A DNA stretch of 64,000 nt. Source: Octopus sinensis (Eukaryota). The notes under the pieces are model-generated. The model saw only the letters and a program-made list of their open reading frames with translations. It made no database searches and was not told the origin of the DNA. Below are positions 40,301-54,087 of the stretch, in pieces. A program made the translations under genes and the position numbers. Location of the stretch: NCBI RefSeq assembly GCF_006345805.1, contig NC_043009.1:33170001-33234000 (forward strand), read 5' to 3'. Numbering within the stretch: the stretch's first letter is position 1; every line of letters begins with the position of its first letter.

Positions 40301-40599
40301 GCCGCTATAGATTATACTTTAAGGGATTTCCACCTTATCCTTTTTTGCCTGCACATCACCAGGTGAATCCACAACCCACCAGGTGGCAGTAGCAGCTTGT
40401 TTACGTTCATGGTAACTAGACGTTTCCTCTTGTTTTATGTATTTGGGGCTTTTTCACTCTTGACTTTCTCTCCGCATTTACATTTTCTTCTGAAAGTTTT
40501 CGGCAAATTCAACTAAAAGGAATAGATAATCAGTATAAAGAGACTATCAAAAACAGGTGGGATTGACTCTGTCTCTTATATCCTGGAGTTCTCTAACAA

Positions 40600-40923
40600 A
40601 CAGGCACTCCGTCGGTTACGACGACGAGCGTTCCAGTTGATCCGAGCATCAGAACGACCTGCTCTGGAAATTATCGTGCAAGTTGCTGAACATTCCACAG
40701 ACACGCCTACCCTTAACGTAGTTCTCACAGTGATACGGCGTGAAACAGAATGTGACAAAGCTGGCCCTTTGAAATACAGGGACAACTCACTTTTGCCAGC
40801 TGAGTAAACTGGAACAACGGGAAATAAAGCGTCTTGCTCAAGGACGCAATGGGCCGCCGGATATCGTACCTACCATTTTACGATCGTGAAGCGAATGCTG
40901 CAACCACTAGGCGATGCGTCTTC
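40600..40923 (-). mobile_element. tRNA-derived SINE (head 2, CORE-like, tail a)
   Basis: The head and body CCTTGAGCAAGACGCTTTATTTCCCGTTG are shared with 56577; the tail is shared with 5970-6362. Confidence 0.8.
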
Positions 40924-41419
40924 TCAGGAAGGAGCTGAGAAATAAACAATGATCGATGCCCACCTACGCACTTAATAGTTTCATTGATCACTCACTCTCC
41001 TCAAAGCACTTCTCTGCACGACTTGCACGGCTCACACAAGCTACTCAATTGCTTCTAGTTTTCTCAGAGAACGCCAGACCACACTGCATGTTACCCACTC
41101 ACAGACCTTCCCCAGCTCAGTGATTGCTAAATATAGTAACTTACAATTAGCTAAGAAATTCTTCTTCACTTGGACCACAAGAAAGCGGGCATCAGTGACA
41201 CCCTGTCTAATCATAAATCTGAGCATTATTTTAAGTAAACCAATTCGCTTCCCAATGATGCGTTAAAACATTCTACTTTTTTTTCATAAACTTCTTTCAT
41301 TATCCCTCAACTTGAAGCCTCTGTAGTTGCTTTGTTATTTTTCTTTTTATAGCGCATCCCTTTTTCTCTTGTAATAAATGACATGCAGGAATATTATATA
41401 TATATATACATATGTATAT

Positions 41420-41565
41420 TCTCTTTCTATTTTCTTTTATTCCTTCCTGCTGAAGAGCGTAGGCTCGAAACGTAAAGCATTTTTATTTTTCCCGAGCGTC
41501 AAACTAATACACTTGTTTGTTATTCATACACCTGTCTTCTTTTGTTTTTCTATAAATTTGAACTA
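41420..41565 (+). mobile_element. H1 repeat copy
   Basis: CCTG-CTGAAGAGCGTAGGCTCGAAACGTAAAGC at 41446-41478, with the downstream CCCGAGCGTCAAACTAATAC typical of the family. Confidence 0.75.
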
Positions 41566-41586
41566 TATATATATACATACATACAC

Positions 41587-41693
<107 letters not shown>

Positions 41694-42046
41694 CTTAAAC
41701 TTTCGGTTAGTTCAATAAATTCATACTTATCAGATTAGATGCCCCTCTGGTTTGTTATGGCGTCCTCAGTAGGGGATAACAAAGAGAGATAAGCCAGAGT
41801 TGATTTGAAGGTCGTAATCTTACAATGAATCCCTGAATACTAGCTAGTGATTTGTGTTCGCAAAGCGCCCGGTCTCAACAAATACATGAGTTGTAGCACG
41901 AAGCAGTGTTAGGGAAATAAACAAACTTTTGGTTCAAATATGTCACAACCATATTTAAATTAGCCGAAAGTTTATTTCTTATCATTTCGAAGTTATGTAT
42001 GTATATAGATAGATAGGTAGGTAGATAGATAGATAGATAGATAGAC

Positions 42047-42116
<70 letters not shown>

Positions 42117-42166
42117 TAAGGTAACTAGGTAGATAGGTAGGTAGGTAGGTAGATAGATAGATAGAT

Positions 42167-42207
<41 letters not shown>

Positions 42208-42354
42208 TATAGATAGATAGATAGATAGATAGATGATAGATAGATAGATGATAGATAGACAGACAGACAGACAGATAGATACATACATACATACATACAT
42301 GCATACATAGATACATACATGCATTCATACATACATACATGTACACATACATAC

Positions 42355-42385
<31 letters not shown>

Positions 42386-42995
42386 TAGATATAGATATGG
42401 ATATAGATATAGATATATATATGTGTGTATATATGTAAAAATAAATATATATGTATGCACACATACACACATATGTATGTGTGTGTGTGTGTGTAAATGT
42501 TTGCATAGATATATGCACGATTATGTAATCGAGAGAGAACGAATGTGTGGTGAGGTGTGAACGTAGGTGTATGAAAATATGTTAAGGTGATGTTTTCAAA
42601 AGAAGAAAAAGACACCGGAAAGACAGCTTTCGAAATAAGGAAGATATATTGGTGTAAGCAAAATACTTTGGAACATAGAAAAGATATATAAATAAAGCGA
42701 TAATAATAATTTAGATTTCCAGAAGAAACTTTCAGTTTGAACAAGGGAAATTGATGTCTTCGTATAACATAATTTAAACTTGAAACTAAAGAAAAGTTTT
42801 CATGATATATAGATACCAGAAAATAAAACGTTTTAATGCTGCTTCGTAAATTATGGAAACCTCAAGGACTACATAATACTGCATAAATATTATAATATCT
42901 GAATAAAAGTCTACCACTGTTTTAATAAACTTGTGTCCTACTGTCACTCGTGTTAATTTTGCTTTTGATACTTTCGTAGTTTGGTTGTTAAAATA

Positions 42996-43625
42996 AGTGA
43001 GATTCAAGCACTTGAGTTAACGAAACCAACCAAATTAATTTGTTAATTAGATTAACTTTCATAGAAGATTAGAGTATTTCTATTATGTCAATGACACAGA
43101 TTATGAATATTGTAATATAATTGGTGATAGGCAGGGCATCCATGTATTAAAAATTATACCTGGAAAAGACACACAGATTAGGAATTACAACCGTGTTTCG
43201 TGGTCTGCTACCACAACAGCTCCTTTATAGGATCCAGTTAGCTCAAGACATCATCAGGAGGAACTATGTCCGGTACACCAGAGCTGAAGATACCTCCGAG
43301 AGTGGGGGCGCCATGTCAAAACGGTAGAGGAGTAGGGGCCGAAATCGGACGTGGTTCCTCCTGATGATGTCTTGAGCTAACTGGATCCTATAAAGGAGCT
43401 GTTGTGGTAGCAGACCACGAAATACGGTTGTAATTCCTCAGTGAGATTCAAGCACTTGAGTTAATGAAACCAACTAAATTAATTTGTTAATTAAATCAAC
43501 TCTCATAGAAGATTGGAGCATTTCTATTATGTCAATGACACAGATTATGAATATTGTAATATAATTTGTGATAGGCAGGGCATCCATGTATTAAAAATTA
43601 TACCTGGAAAAGGCACAGAGATTAG
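42996..43625. repeat. 186-bp direct repeats flanking a 259-bp hairpin (93-bp arms, 73-bp spacer)
   Basis: DR1 42996-43181 and DR2 43440-43625 differ at about 10 positions. Arms 43180-43272 and 43346-43438 are nearly perfect reverse complements. Confidence 0.92.
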
Positions 43626-43804
43626 TAAAGATCGGTGGTATTCTCTCCTGTTGTGTGTATTAAGTGATGAAACACTTTGACTTGGGTTGAGAGACTGTGG
43701 AATAATGCATACTAGCGTGAAAATGTGGAAAAATAGGAAATTGAGGAACAGTTGGAGCTGGAATATAGGATACGCTATAAGTTGGATGTTGATAACAGTA
43801 ATTG

Positions 43805-44030
43805 AAAATATTGATTTCAAATTTCTGCTCAAGGCCAGCAATTTCGTGGAAGGAGGAAGTCGATTACATTGACCTTAGTGTTCAACTGGTACTTATTTTA
43901 TCGACCTTAAAAGGATGAAGAGCAAAGTCGACCTCGGTGGGATCTGAACACAGAGCGTAAAGACGGACGAAATGCCGTTAAGCATTTTGTCTGACGTGCT
44001 GACGTGCTAACGATTCCGCCATTTCGCCAC
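43805..44030 (-). mobile_element. Deu/Nin-like SINE
   Basis: TATCGACCTTAAAAGGATGAAGAGCAAAGTCGACCTCGGTGGGATCTGAAC. Further diverged copies at 19300-19450 and 63730-63885. Confidence 0.8.
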
Positions 44031-44379
44031 CAGAGAACTCCAAAGGTGTTTCTGATTGATTAGATTAAGTCCTAATTGTTGCATGCTTAATTACACCTTT
44101 TTTATATTGTATGTAATTACTTGAGTGTTTTGTATATACATTTCTACCTTGTTCTTGCTTTACTTGTGTAAAACTTCCCCACCTGCTTTCGTTTTTATAT
44201 AACTTCTGTCTCCTACAGAATAAGTATTTGTAAGTCATCTCTTCAATGCATACGGCATTTTCAGAGTATCTCTTCGAACCATTTCTTGTGGCCGATAAAG
44301 AAAAAGCTTTTATTTATATTAATGCAAGCAGAGTTCTCATTCTAACGACCACGTCTGTTCAGAACATTCCGAAATAGAA

Positions 44380-44515
44380 GCGGACACTGTCTACAGCCCG
44401 AGACGAGGAAGGCTTGCTGCAGCATCTCTCATAAAGTATCTGTCTCAAGATATAGTAAGAACTACCCGAGTTGCTTCACACCAACATCAAAAAGAAAACC
44501 ACTGCAAAGCGAACT
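44380..44515 (+). mobile_element. Possible LINE reverse-transcriptase remnant
   Basis: Frameshifted AD...LSTARDEEGLLQHL...LLHTNIKKKT loosely resembles the post-YADD region (L-A-SEE-LQ ... GL-IN-KKT) of RTE/CR1 RTs. Confidence 0.3.
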
Positions 44516-44715
44516 TCATAATTGCAGATACATACAGAGGTTAATATATTTGACAGCATAAAGATTAATCTCCAGAATATTCTATATTGTCAACTCACTA
44601 ATTTGCCTGAGACCAACAAATACTAAGACAAATAATTGAATATGCTGATGAGGAAGAGAAAGAGATCTTCTATAAGAATGCATTCTTGTATAGATCGTTT
44701 AAAGATCTTACATAA

Positions 44716-44773
<58 letters not shown>

Positions 44774-44912
44774 CATATGTATATTTATATATATATATAC
44801 ATATGTATATTTATATATATATATTTTATATATACATACATACATACATACATACATGCATACATACATACATACATACATACATACACACACACACATA
44901 TATATATATATT

Positions 44913-44951
<39 letters not shown>

Positions 44952-45409
44952 TGAAGTTGAAAATTTCAAACACCTGTTAGTGACGTCTTAAAATGTCTTC
45001 TAGTGTCATAAATAAAGATTACATTTTATGTCCAGAAAATTTATGTATGTCCTCAAGATAGAAACTGAATGTCTTCTCTTAAATATCAAGAAATTATTTT
45101 TGCTTGTTTGCTTTTGGGGGGATTTTTTTAAATTTATTTATTTTACTAATATTTTTCTTTTTCTTTTTTTCGTTAGTCATTTTAGATCAGGAATTTTGGA
45201 AAAGAAGTGCTTTAGAAAGAACATTTAACAAAGTAACAGAGGTTAAAATAGCTAAGTACTATAATTATATGAGTTTGTATAATTGTCATTAGGCCACGGC
45301 TTAATGTAGTTTGTTATAGAAAGGGCGTCCAGTTGGAGAAACCACGCCTAAAAATGACAGACCTGTCTTATCCATATTGAAACGAGAAACAAATAAAAAT
45401 GGACGGCGG

Positions 45410-45500
45410 TAATGCAGCGGTGGCGGCAAATGCAGCGGTGGCGGCAAAGGCAGCGGTGGCGGCAAAGGCAGCGGCAGGTACGGCGCCAGCGGCTGTGACA
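45410..45500. repeat. GC-rich 18-bp minisatellite (GCAGCGGTGGCGGCAAA(T/G)), about 4 copies
   Basis: Direct reading. Confidence 0.8.
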
Positions 45501-47686
45501 AGGGCGGCGGCAGCGACGGCGTCCAGGGCTGCGACAGTGGCGGCGGCAGTGATGGAGATGATGATGTTGATGGTGACGAGAGAGAAAATGAAACGCTAAG
45601 ACTATTAGTAATACTTCCATTAGATTGTTTCATTGTTGGTGATAATGTTGTTGATTTTTTAGCCCTAGGAAAACCACGACCAGCCTAGCATTTGTATAAC
45701 AGGATCTACTTTTCCCAGTGAGATACTTTTAAGCAGGTATGATCTGATTTGACAGAGATTTCGCTGCTATCTCTAGCTCCTCCTTCATTGATTCATTATT
45801 GGTTAGTGATAGAGCAGGCAGGTTCATCATTTGCATAAACCGAATTGAGCGAAGGGAAATAACGCAAGCTATTAGCATAAATTAAGACTGGCTTTTATTT
45901 TACCTTTTTACCTTTGTTTATCACCCTCACACTTCAGCAACACACACACCCACACACACAATAGTTTTCCATTTCACATGATGCTCGGCTAAGACATTTT
46001 CCACACTGCACGCTCGAACTCAGAACCACTTTAATACAAAACAAACTTGCTACCCACACAGCCATGCCACATGGTCAATAATAAAGCATAATTTATTTTG
46101 TCTTTTCGACTCTTACAATCTAAACTATGTCATTCTCGAAAGTCTTCTTATAAAACGAGTCACACAATCCATTCCCACCCAACACACACACACACACACA
46201 CACACACAATACAACATACATACGTCCACACGGACATTGAAATCGTGCGGCAATATTTTATTTACTAATGTAGTTCTATTCATTTCTATTTCTCAACGAC
46301 TGCAATGAAATATCAGCCATGCTCATTCCACTCAAAAACACTATCTTTTCCCATTTTATTATTTTTTTTTCTTTATTCTATTTCTGTATCTACTCCCGGA
46401 AGAATGCCTTAGGGCAACAATATGGATATTCTACTTAGAGAGAGAGAGACAGAGAGAAAGAGAGATAGAGAGAGAAATGGGAAGAGAGAGAAAGAGAGAG
46501 CACTTTATTAAAGATCTGAACATGGACACCACCTAACACCAACAATTTTATGGTTGAATGTAATGAAGTCGGCCTAGCAAGAGAACATTATGTTAAATCT
46601 GTTTCTTCCCAAGCAGATTAATTCCATTTCAGTCCATTGATTTAACCTTTGCTACAACAGGACAGCAAGTAAATGCAAATCGGTTCAGGTAAAAAGTTCA
46701 GGTAAGTAGGTAAAGGTAAAGACAAGCAATCTTTTATTCTGCGAAGCAAAAATCTAAGCAAGTTCAAAATGGTGCTTCCTGCTTTTCCATTTTATGTCAT
46801 TTCTTTTAGTTTGTTTTTCTCTTCTTTTCTTTTTTCCCTCTTTTTCTCTCTTTTTTCATTTTTAGCTGAGACCGAGTGATATGATAAAGATTAAAACATT
46901 CATTTATCTCTGAAAGTAAAATCTAATTTCAACTTATTAGAAAAGAGGAAAATCATTTTTAGCCTCATGCCGTCGACACAATAGCAGAAAATTCTAATTT
47001 CTGCTACAGACAGAAAGTCTAATTGTCTAAAATTTACAACTGCTCTATCTCTCAATCATTTCTTCCTTCTTTATCTTCTTCATCATTCTTTATTAATTCT
47101 TCTCCTCCTCCTCTTCTTCCTCACTTTCTACTTCGTCATCGCCATATTCGTTCCTCCTCTCATTTTTTCTTCTCTTTCATCTCTTCTTCCTCAATTTCTA
47201 CTACGTCATCACCATATTCGTTCCTCTTCTCACATTTTCTTCTTCTCTTTGACCTCTCATCCTTCATTTACTTCTTTTCTTTATCTTCTTCATTTTCTTC
47301 TTTATCTTCTTCATCTTCTACTTCTTTTTCACGTGTTTATCCCTCATTTTGTTCTTCTTCATCACTATATTAGTCTACATTTTTCTTCACCTTCTGTAAT
47401 TCTTCGCTTCTCTTTGGTTCCCCTTTTTCTTCCTTTTAATTTTTCAATCTTTTATTTTATCTACGTCAATTCCCTTCCTCTTACTCATTCTTCCTCTTCT
47501 TCTTCCTCCTCTGTTTCTCCTTCCCCTTCATCATTATCATCATCATCATCATCATCTTCATCATCACTGTCATCATCATCTTCAACATTTGCTCTTTTGT
47601 CGTCTTTATTGCATTTTTCTTCAATTTTCTTTACATACAAGCATATATGTATACAAAAGCATACTTCATATACATAGATATGTTTG

Positions 47687-47717
<31 letters not shown>

Positions 47718-47724
47718 GTTTGTA

Positions 47725-47761
<37 letters not shown>

Positions 47762-47981
47762 ACACACACACATATGTTTGTGTATATATATACTTTATAT
47801 GCATATATATTTTTGATATATAAACGTGTGTGTGATTATGTGTGTGTACGTGTGTTAGTGTGAGTGTGAGTGTGAGTGTGTGTGTGCATTTGTATATACA
47901 TATGTGTATACTTATATATACTGTAAGATCTATTATGGTGTTGCATATATGCATATATATGTATGTGTGTATGTGTGGAAG

Positions 47982-48015
<34 letters not shown>

Positions 48016-48586
48016 GTGCGTATATATGTGTATGTATAAATATATATACATGTATGTGAGTGTGCATATGCATGTATTTATCTATCTACGCATATAGGCA
48101 TGCATATATGTATATATGTATTAAATGCACACATCACATATATACATTCGTACATAGATACATTTGTCAAAGCGCTAACACAACAGAGTGTTGCCCTTTC
48201 GTTTCTCTCCTTCCTTGTTTCAGACAAACTCAAACATGTAATATATTAAAGTCAGATTCAGAATAGAAATGCCATGTTCTTGCAGCCGTAATCTCTAAGT
48301 AGTGTCTTCCAACTGCAATTCCATTATCTTGGAGGAAAGACCATAAACTTTCCAACATCTTAATAGAATCCATCTGCAACAAATTTGCTTTTTCTTCTTC
48401 CTTCTTTAATTTTCTGTGTGTGTGTATGTAAATAGACATGTATATTTCTCTGTGTGTGTATTTGTAAACACAAATACATGCATTCATACATACCTACATA
48501 CATACACATACGCATACACATATATATGTATGTATACATGCACGTTTGCATACCTGTATGTAACGTATATTGAACATATATATGTG

Positions 48587-48629
<43 letters not shown>

Positions 48630-48805
48630 ATATATATTATATACATATACATATGTATCATTTATACGTCTATATACATACATACATCCAAACAGACACG
48701 CGCAAACAAACATGACTGTATTTCTGCCTGCGCTGCAGCCTGGATATATATGTACACATATTTAGGGAAGCCATTGAAAGAGAATATGACCAGCTATCAA
48801 TGTAT

Positions 48806-48837
<32 letters not shown>

Positions 48838-48890
48838 ATATATTTGTTATTTCATCTAGTTTCAGCTTACAAGCTGTGGCCATGCTGGGG

Positions 48891-48927
<37 letters not shown>

Positions 48928-49509
48928 TATATTTCACTATGCAAAGAGGCCTGAGCTCACCGACATTTACATGTTCATGAATATCTATATGTGTGTGAAT
49001 GTGTGTATATTGTGTGCGTCAGAGTATAGAGAGTGACACACTCATAGATACACACACATGTCACACACACACACATACATACATACATACATACATACAT
49101 ACATACATACATACATACATACATACATACATACATACATAAATATATATATACATATATGCACGTATGCTGGTATGTGAAAATATCTCATTGTTAAAGG
49201 TGGCATTTGGGAAGGCATACCGCCCGTACAGCCACCCTGGCAATCATACTTCGAAATCATGAGACTGCGGCACAGTGGATTGTGAAGAGGTAGCAGAAGA
49301 ACTCGACTGCATTGATACTGAACGGAGGAATTCAAGGAAATCAATGGCAAGGATCACCAAGAACTATCAAGAGAGTAACTACAACACATCTAAGGGTTGT
49401 GTAATCAGCTAAAGAAGGATTCATTACAACACAAGCTTCCAATTCAAATAAATTCATAATCATGGAGGATCATGGGTATCCGTGTAAGCAGCGGAAATAT
49501 ATTCTTTTA

Positions 49510-50010
49510 TTCTTTTACTTGCTTCATTCATTTGATTGCGGCCATGCTGGAGCATTGCTTTAAAGAGTGTTAGTCGAAGAAATCGATATTAGGACTTATT
49601 CTTTGTAAGCCTATCGCTCTCTTGTGCCGAACCGCTAGATTATGGGGACATAAACACACCAGCATCGGTTGTCAAGGGATGGCTGGGGTACCAACACACG
49701 TGTATAATTGACCGCTAGCTCCAAAAGTTTTTTATTCTCTCTGTGTTTATTTCTTCATTTTCCTTTCTGTTGAAGAGCCTTGGCTCGAAACGTAAAAGGC
49801 TTTCTCACCTCCCCGAGCGTTAAACTAATACGCCTGTTTGTTGTTTTTACACCTGTCTTCGTCTTTTGTTTTCCTGTAAATTTCATACATGTATATATAT
49901 ACGCACACGCAACGGGCTTCTTCCAGTTTTCGCCTACCAAATCTACTCACAAGGCTTTGGTGGGCACGAGGCTATAGCAGAAGACACTTGTCCAAGGTTC
50001 CAAGCAGTGG
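49510..50010 (-). mobile_element. CORE-like SINE split by a nested plus-strand H1 repeat (49735-49885)
   Basis: The SINE 5' half (49900-50010) and 3' half (49510-49690) match 7331-7727. The H1 motif CCTTT-CTGTTGAA-GAGCCTTGGCTC-GAAACGTA-AAAGG lies at 49762-49799, in the SINE's internal microsatellite zone. Confidence 0.8.
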
Positions 50011-50162
50011 TACTTCTATTAGTGATTTTACTCGAAGGAGATATTTGCGAAATGTTGTATTACTCTTGAATACTGTCCGGATGCCATATGGGCTGCATAT
50101 CTTTTGTATCTTTTCGGAGAGGTCTTTCACATAGGGTAGACAGACTGTGGACAGTTTATTAA

Positions 50163-50290
50163 TACCGCAGGCCGACCTTTACTGGACGATACCTCAACTT
50201 CAATTCCCACCATCCATACAGTGTAAAGAGAGGGATTGCTCAGTGCCTAAAGCATCGTGCAAAGAATATAAGTAGCGATCATGACACCAC
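50163..50290 (+). mobile_element. Penelope-like retroelement RT thumb fragment
   Basis: YRRPTFTGRYLNFNSHHPYSVKRGIAQCLKHRAKNISSD matches the PLE signature YRKPT-T--YL-F-S-HP---KR-I---L--RA--I-S. An in-frame stop lies immediately upstream. Confidence 0.85.
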
Positions 50291-51532
50291 TCACCCCATA
50301 TATTGTTTTTATGGTTGTTGGAATATTCCATAAGATTATTCCTGAAGGAGAATTTCTAAGGAATCAAATTTGTTCTAACCGTACCATTCCATCTGTTAGT
50401 ATCTTTAACTTTGATTTTTATTTACACTTAAATGGGAAGAATTATCAAAATTGTTTCGGTATCTAAAGAATGGAAATCCTTTCACCTTGGATTAGTCAAA
50501 CATGTCCGAAGACATTCAACCAATACCATGGATTTTGATTAGGGGATTGGGCAGCCTTTCTTTAGTCTTTTACTATTATTATTTGGTGGAAGTTTGAAAC
50601 CAAGAAAATGAATTCTTTTTGGAAATATTCTAACAGAATCGCAAATAAAATTGTTTTAATTCTTAATCTCATACATTTAATGTAGACTTTATTTCGCAAT
50701 ATGTATTTTATGAGAAGGAATTTTAAGAGAAGATGGAATAACTAAAACTAAAAGAAAAAATTCCTCGAGAATATATAAAATCAGGAATTTCGACAAAACC
50801 AAGCATTATTTAGAAAATTAAATTATATATTATTTTCACGTCCAATTCACTTAGCCAAAATTTTGTACAGGGATCTACAAATGCTATTTTTCTCTCTTTT
50901 GTTATATTTTTCTAAGTAAATGTTCTAGATACCCTTTCTAAATTTGACAACTTGGAGATGTTGGTATGGAATCATAAATTCCTTTACCAAGATTATATTT
51001 CAAAGTCGAAATACACCAACAAACAACCGAACTTCTGTGTATCTATTTTCTTGTTAATACAATATTGATAACCAGATATGAACGGATATAAGGTATTCTA
51101 TCAGAATAGAAGGGAAATAAATTTAAGCTCATGCAAAAATAAACACAAATAAATGGGATTAAAAGCGAAACATCGGTACAGTGGTATTTTAAACTTGTTT
51201 TATCAAATCTCGTTTAAAATCTCGTTTCTCCTTTCATGTTTTTCTTCAGCTATTTTACTCGAGAAATTTTCCTCAAAATTCTTTTAAGAAATGATTGACA
51301 GGATTCATTGTAATTCCATTCCATTATTGCTACAATGATAAAAACATTATTTCAGAGGATCGATTCATGTCAAAAAGGACGGCTCTAAGTAAAATTTTCA
51401 TTTTATTATTCTCAAAAGTAGGTAGATGGACAGATTACTAGCTGGTTGCTTGTCTAATTATATATCTATCAATATATCTATCCGTCTAACTATCAGTATA
51501 TATAGATGTGTAGCTCTGTGTGTGTGTGTGTG

Positions 51533-51564
<32 letters not shown>

Positions 51565-51671
51565 GACCGTCTTTTATCTGTTCAGTCAACTAAATCTGTG
51601 TCCCGCTGACTGTTTTACCGTTAACTCTGTCTTCTACTTATACCATGCTTTCTCCGCCAGTAAGTGTCCTT

Positions 51672-51705
<34 letters not shown>

Positions 51706-52118
51706 TCCTCCCTCCCGCTTTCACTCACTCTCTGTGATACACACCCAGAGAGGGGTTAATAGTCCAGAATTATAATGACATACTTTAACTGGACATCATG
51801 AACATTTCCGACATTGAAAGCCTTGTCAGCTCTTTGATAGAATCAATCCATTTTCTGCCCAGTCTTCTGTTGTCTTTTCCTTCCTGGAAATATCCCCCAT
51901 TAGGATATAAGTTCTACACATATTCCCCAGTCTATTTTACTTCACCACATGGCTGGAATACTTTTAAGATATATTATGATAATTAGTCTTTGCCTGGGAT
52001 GTGAAGAAACTTTTATTGATAACCACGCGCACACACACATAGACTACATATACATACATACATACATACATGCATACATACATACATACATACATACATA
52101 CATACATACATACATACA

Positions 52119-52149
<31 letters not shown>

Positions 52150-53067
52150 GTTCTTGTGTTCTTGTGTATAATAATGTATATTACAAATATAAAATGTATA
52201 TACAAACGCAAAACGGTTCTAGCTGCAATATTTTTTTTCTCAGAGAAACTTCGAAAGAGACTTTGTGTGTTGAAAAAGATCAGAGCACGTCCCGAATAAC
52301 TTGAGGAAATCGTCATACACCGGCGTTTCGGTTAGATTTGGGCTACTCAACATCGAATATTTTGTCACGGGCTCCTACCTGAAGAGGAATTTTCTAAGTG
52401 TATTTACAAACGTAACTGTGACCGACGGAGATCATCATGGCATATCAGGGACACTCCTGCTGCTACAAGCATCAAACACTACATTTTAAACGGAAGTACA
52501 TCAAATAAGCAAGCTGATTCTTCTTTCTGTCTCTTAAGCATCATATAGAACATTGAAATCCTTGCAATCTGGCATTGCAAAGTCCAAGCATAAGCAATTT
52601 GTTCGATATTTTCTCGGCAAAAATTTCATGTTTTGGGACCTTATTTCTACAAACACTTTTCCTGCCCACAGAAAAATGGCAAAATATTCGAATGTTCCGA
52701 GCGTCGGTGGGAATGTTTTATATTTTTCGTTCTGGCTCTCAGGGCTCTTGGTTCATATCTCAGCGACATCAAATTTGCCTTTTATTCTTGGTGTCTATCA
52801 ATGTAGCACCGCTCTAACAGACAGTAGTCCCTCCTCCTCCTCCTTCTCCTTTTTCATTTTCTTTTTCTTCTCATTCTTCTTCGTCTTCTTTGTCTTTTTC
52901 CTTTTCTTTTCTTCATCTTCTTCTTAGCCTTCTTCATCGTCTTCTTTTTCCTCCACTTCTACTTCGTCGTCGTCGTCGTCTTCTCCTTCTTCTTCTTTGT
53001 CTTCCCTCTCTCTCTCTCTCTCTCTCTTTCCCTCTTTCTCACTCTCTTTGTCTATCTCTCTTTCCAG

Positions 53068-53129
53068 AAGAACCTGTTGTAATCAGACCTGGTGATGGTT
53101 GGACTCCAACAGATTTCGATGTTCACGAC
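53068..53129 (+). CDS. Candidate internal coding exon of an unidentified gene (EEPVVIRPGDGWTPTDFDVHD)
   Basis: Long polypyrimidine tract ending TTTCCAG, a 62-nt open exon (phase 1 to phase 0) and a consensus donor GTGAGT. The protein is not recognised. Confidence 0.4.
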
Positions 53130-54056
53130 GTGAGTCAATTAGATGCCCTTACTACTTCACCGGTAGTTGAGCACTCAACGAATGAAAACCAATCCTGAAA
53201 TCATAAACGCTGACCATTACCACCACCAACTTACCCAGTCTGAGTGGAGCATCAAAGTTCGTAACATTTTAAGCAAATACAATATTAAAACGATCTTCTA
53301 TAAAAACAAATTCAATAAGGTAATATCTTAGATCCAAATTCTCAACTAAACTGTAAATCCTGAAACGATACGTTATCTCTCACTTTTGAAGTATTTGCGT
53401 AGGTACCAGTTCTCCGTGATTATATCGGTAATTTACAAGCATATTCTGTTTGTTGAATAACTCTGATTATCTTCATAACAAAAAGAAAAATTCTTTATAT
53501 TTCAAACAGACATATTTTAGTCTCACAGAAAGCGATATAAATCAGCATACTATTGAATTTTGCAAATCATGAGGAAAATTATTTATAAATTCTTTGCAAT
53601 GTTTTACTGCAAGATCAAATAATTAAGCCCAGCATGGAGTGAGAGAACCAGCGTATCATGAAATAAGCAATATTGATAAATATTCAGGCTTTTTCTTCCT
53701 TCGTCTATGCGCCATGGTTTTATTCGATGGAAGGAAATTCTTTAATTCAGTCCTTTTGTTGTCAGAGAAAATATGCCGCCAAAAGGCAGGAACGATAACT
53801 GGATCCGATTATGAACGGAAAGAAGAAGCTGATTTGAGATTCTTCAGGGATATTTTGGTTGATGTTTCACCTTTCCTGGTTCCAGAGATCCCACAAAAAG
53901 GAATCATCCAAAATTGAAGCCAATTATAATTCTGTTTATTCGTGTCTTTATCTGAGGCAACATTGTGTGTACGTGTAAATGTATATTTATACTTATATAT
54001 ACATATATGTGAGTTTATATGTATGTGTATATCGATATATACATACACACACACAT

Positions 54057-54087
<31 letters not shown>

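Noticed and set aside
43273-43345. Minus-strand ...GACA-TGGCGCCCC as an LTR end plus primer-binding site, and CTGAAGA...GGCCGAAA as a hammerhead in the hairpin spacer
   Set aside because: There is no LTR pair or internal coding sequence, and hammerhead helices II and III do not close convincingly.
44344-44466. Open frame SSHSNDHVCSEH...YLSQDI with AG/GT boundaries as an exon
   Set aside because: No homology is recognised, and an overlapping frame looks like a LINE RT remnant.
46636-46710. Cluster of donor-like sites (CAGGTAAAA, CAGGTAAGT, AGGTAAAG) with a short open frame SIDLTFATTGQQVNANRF
   Set aside because: It could be a UTR or small exon, but the acceptor and frame cannot be fixed from sequence alone.
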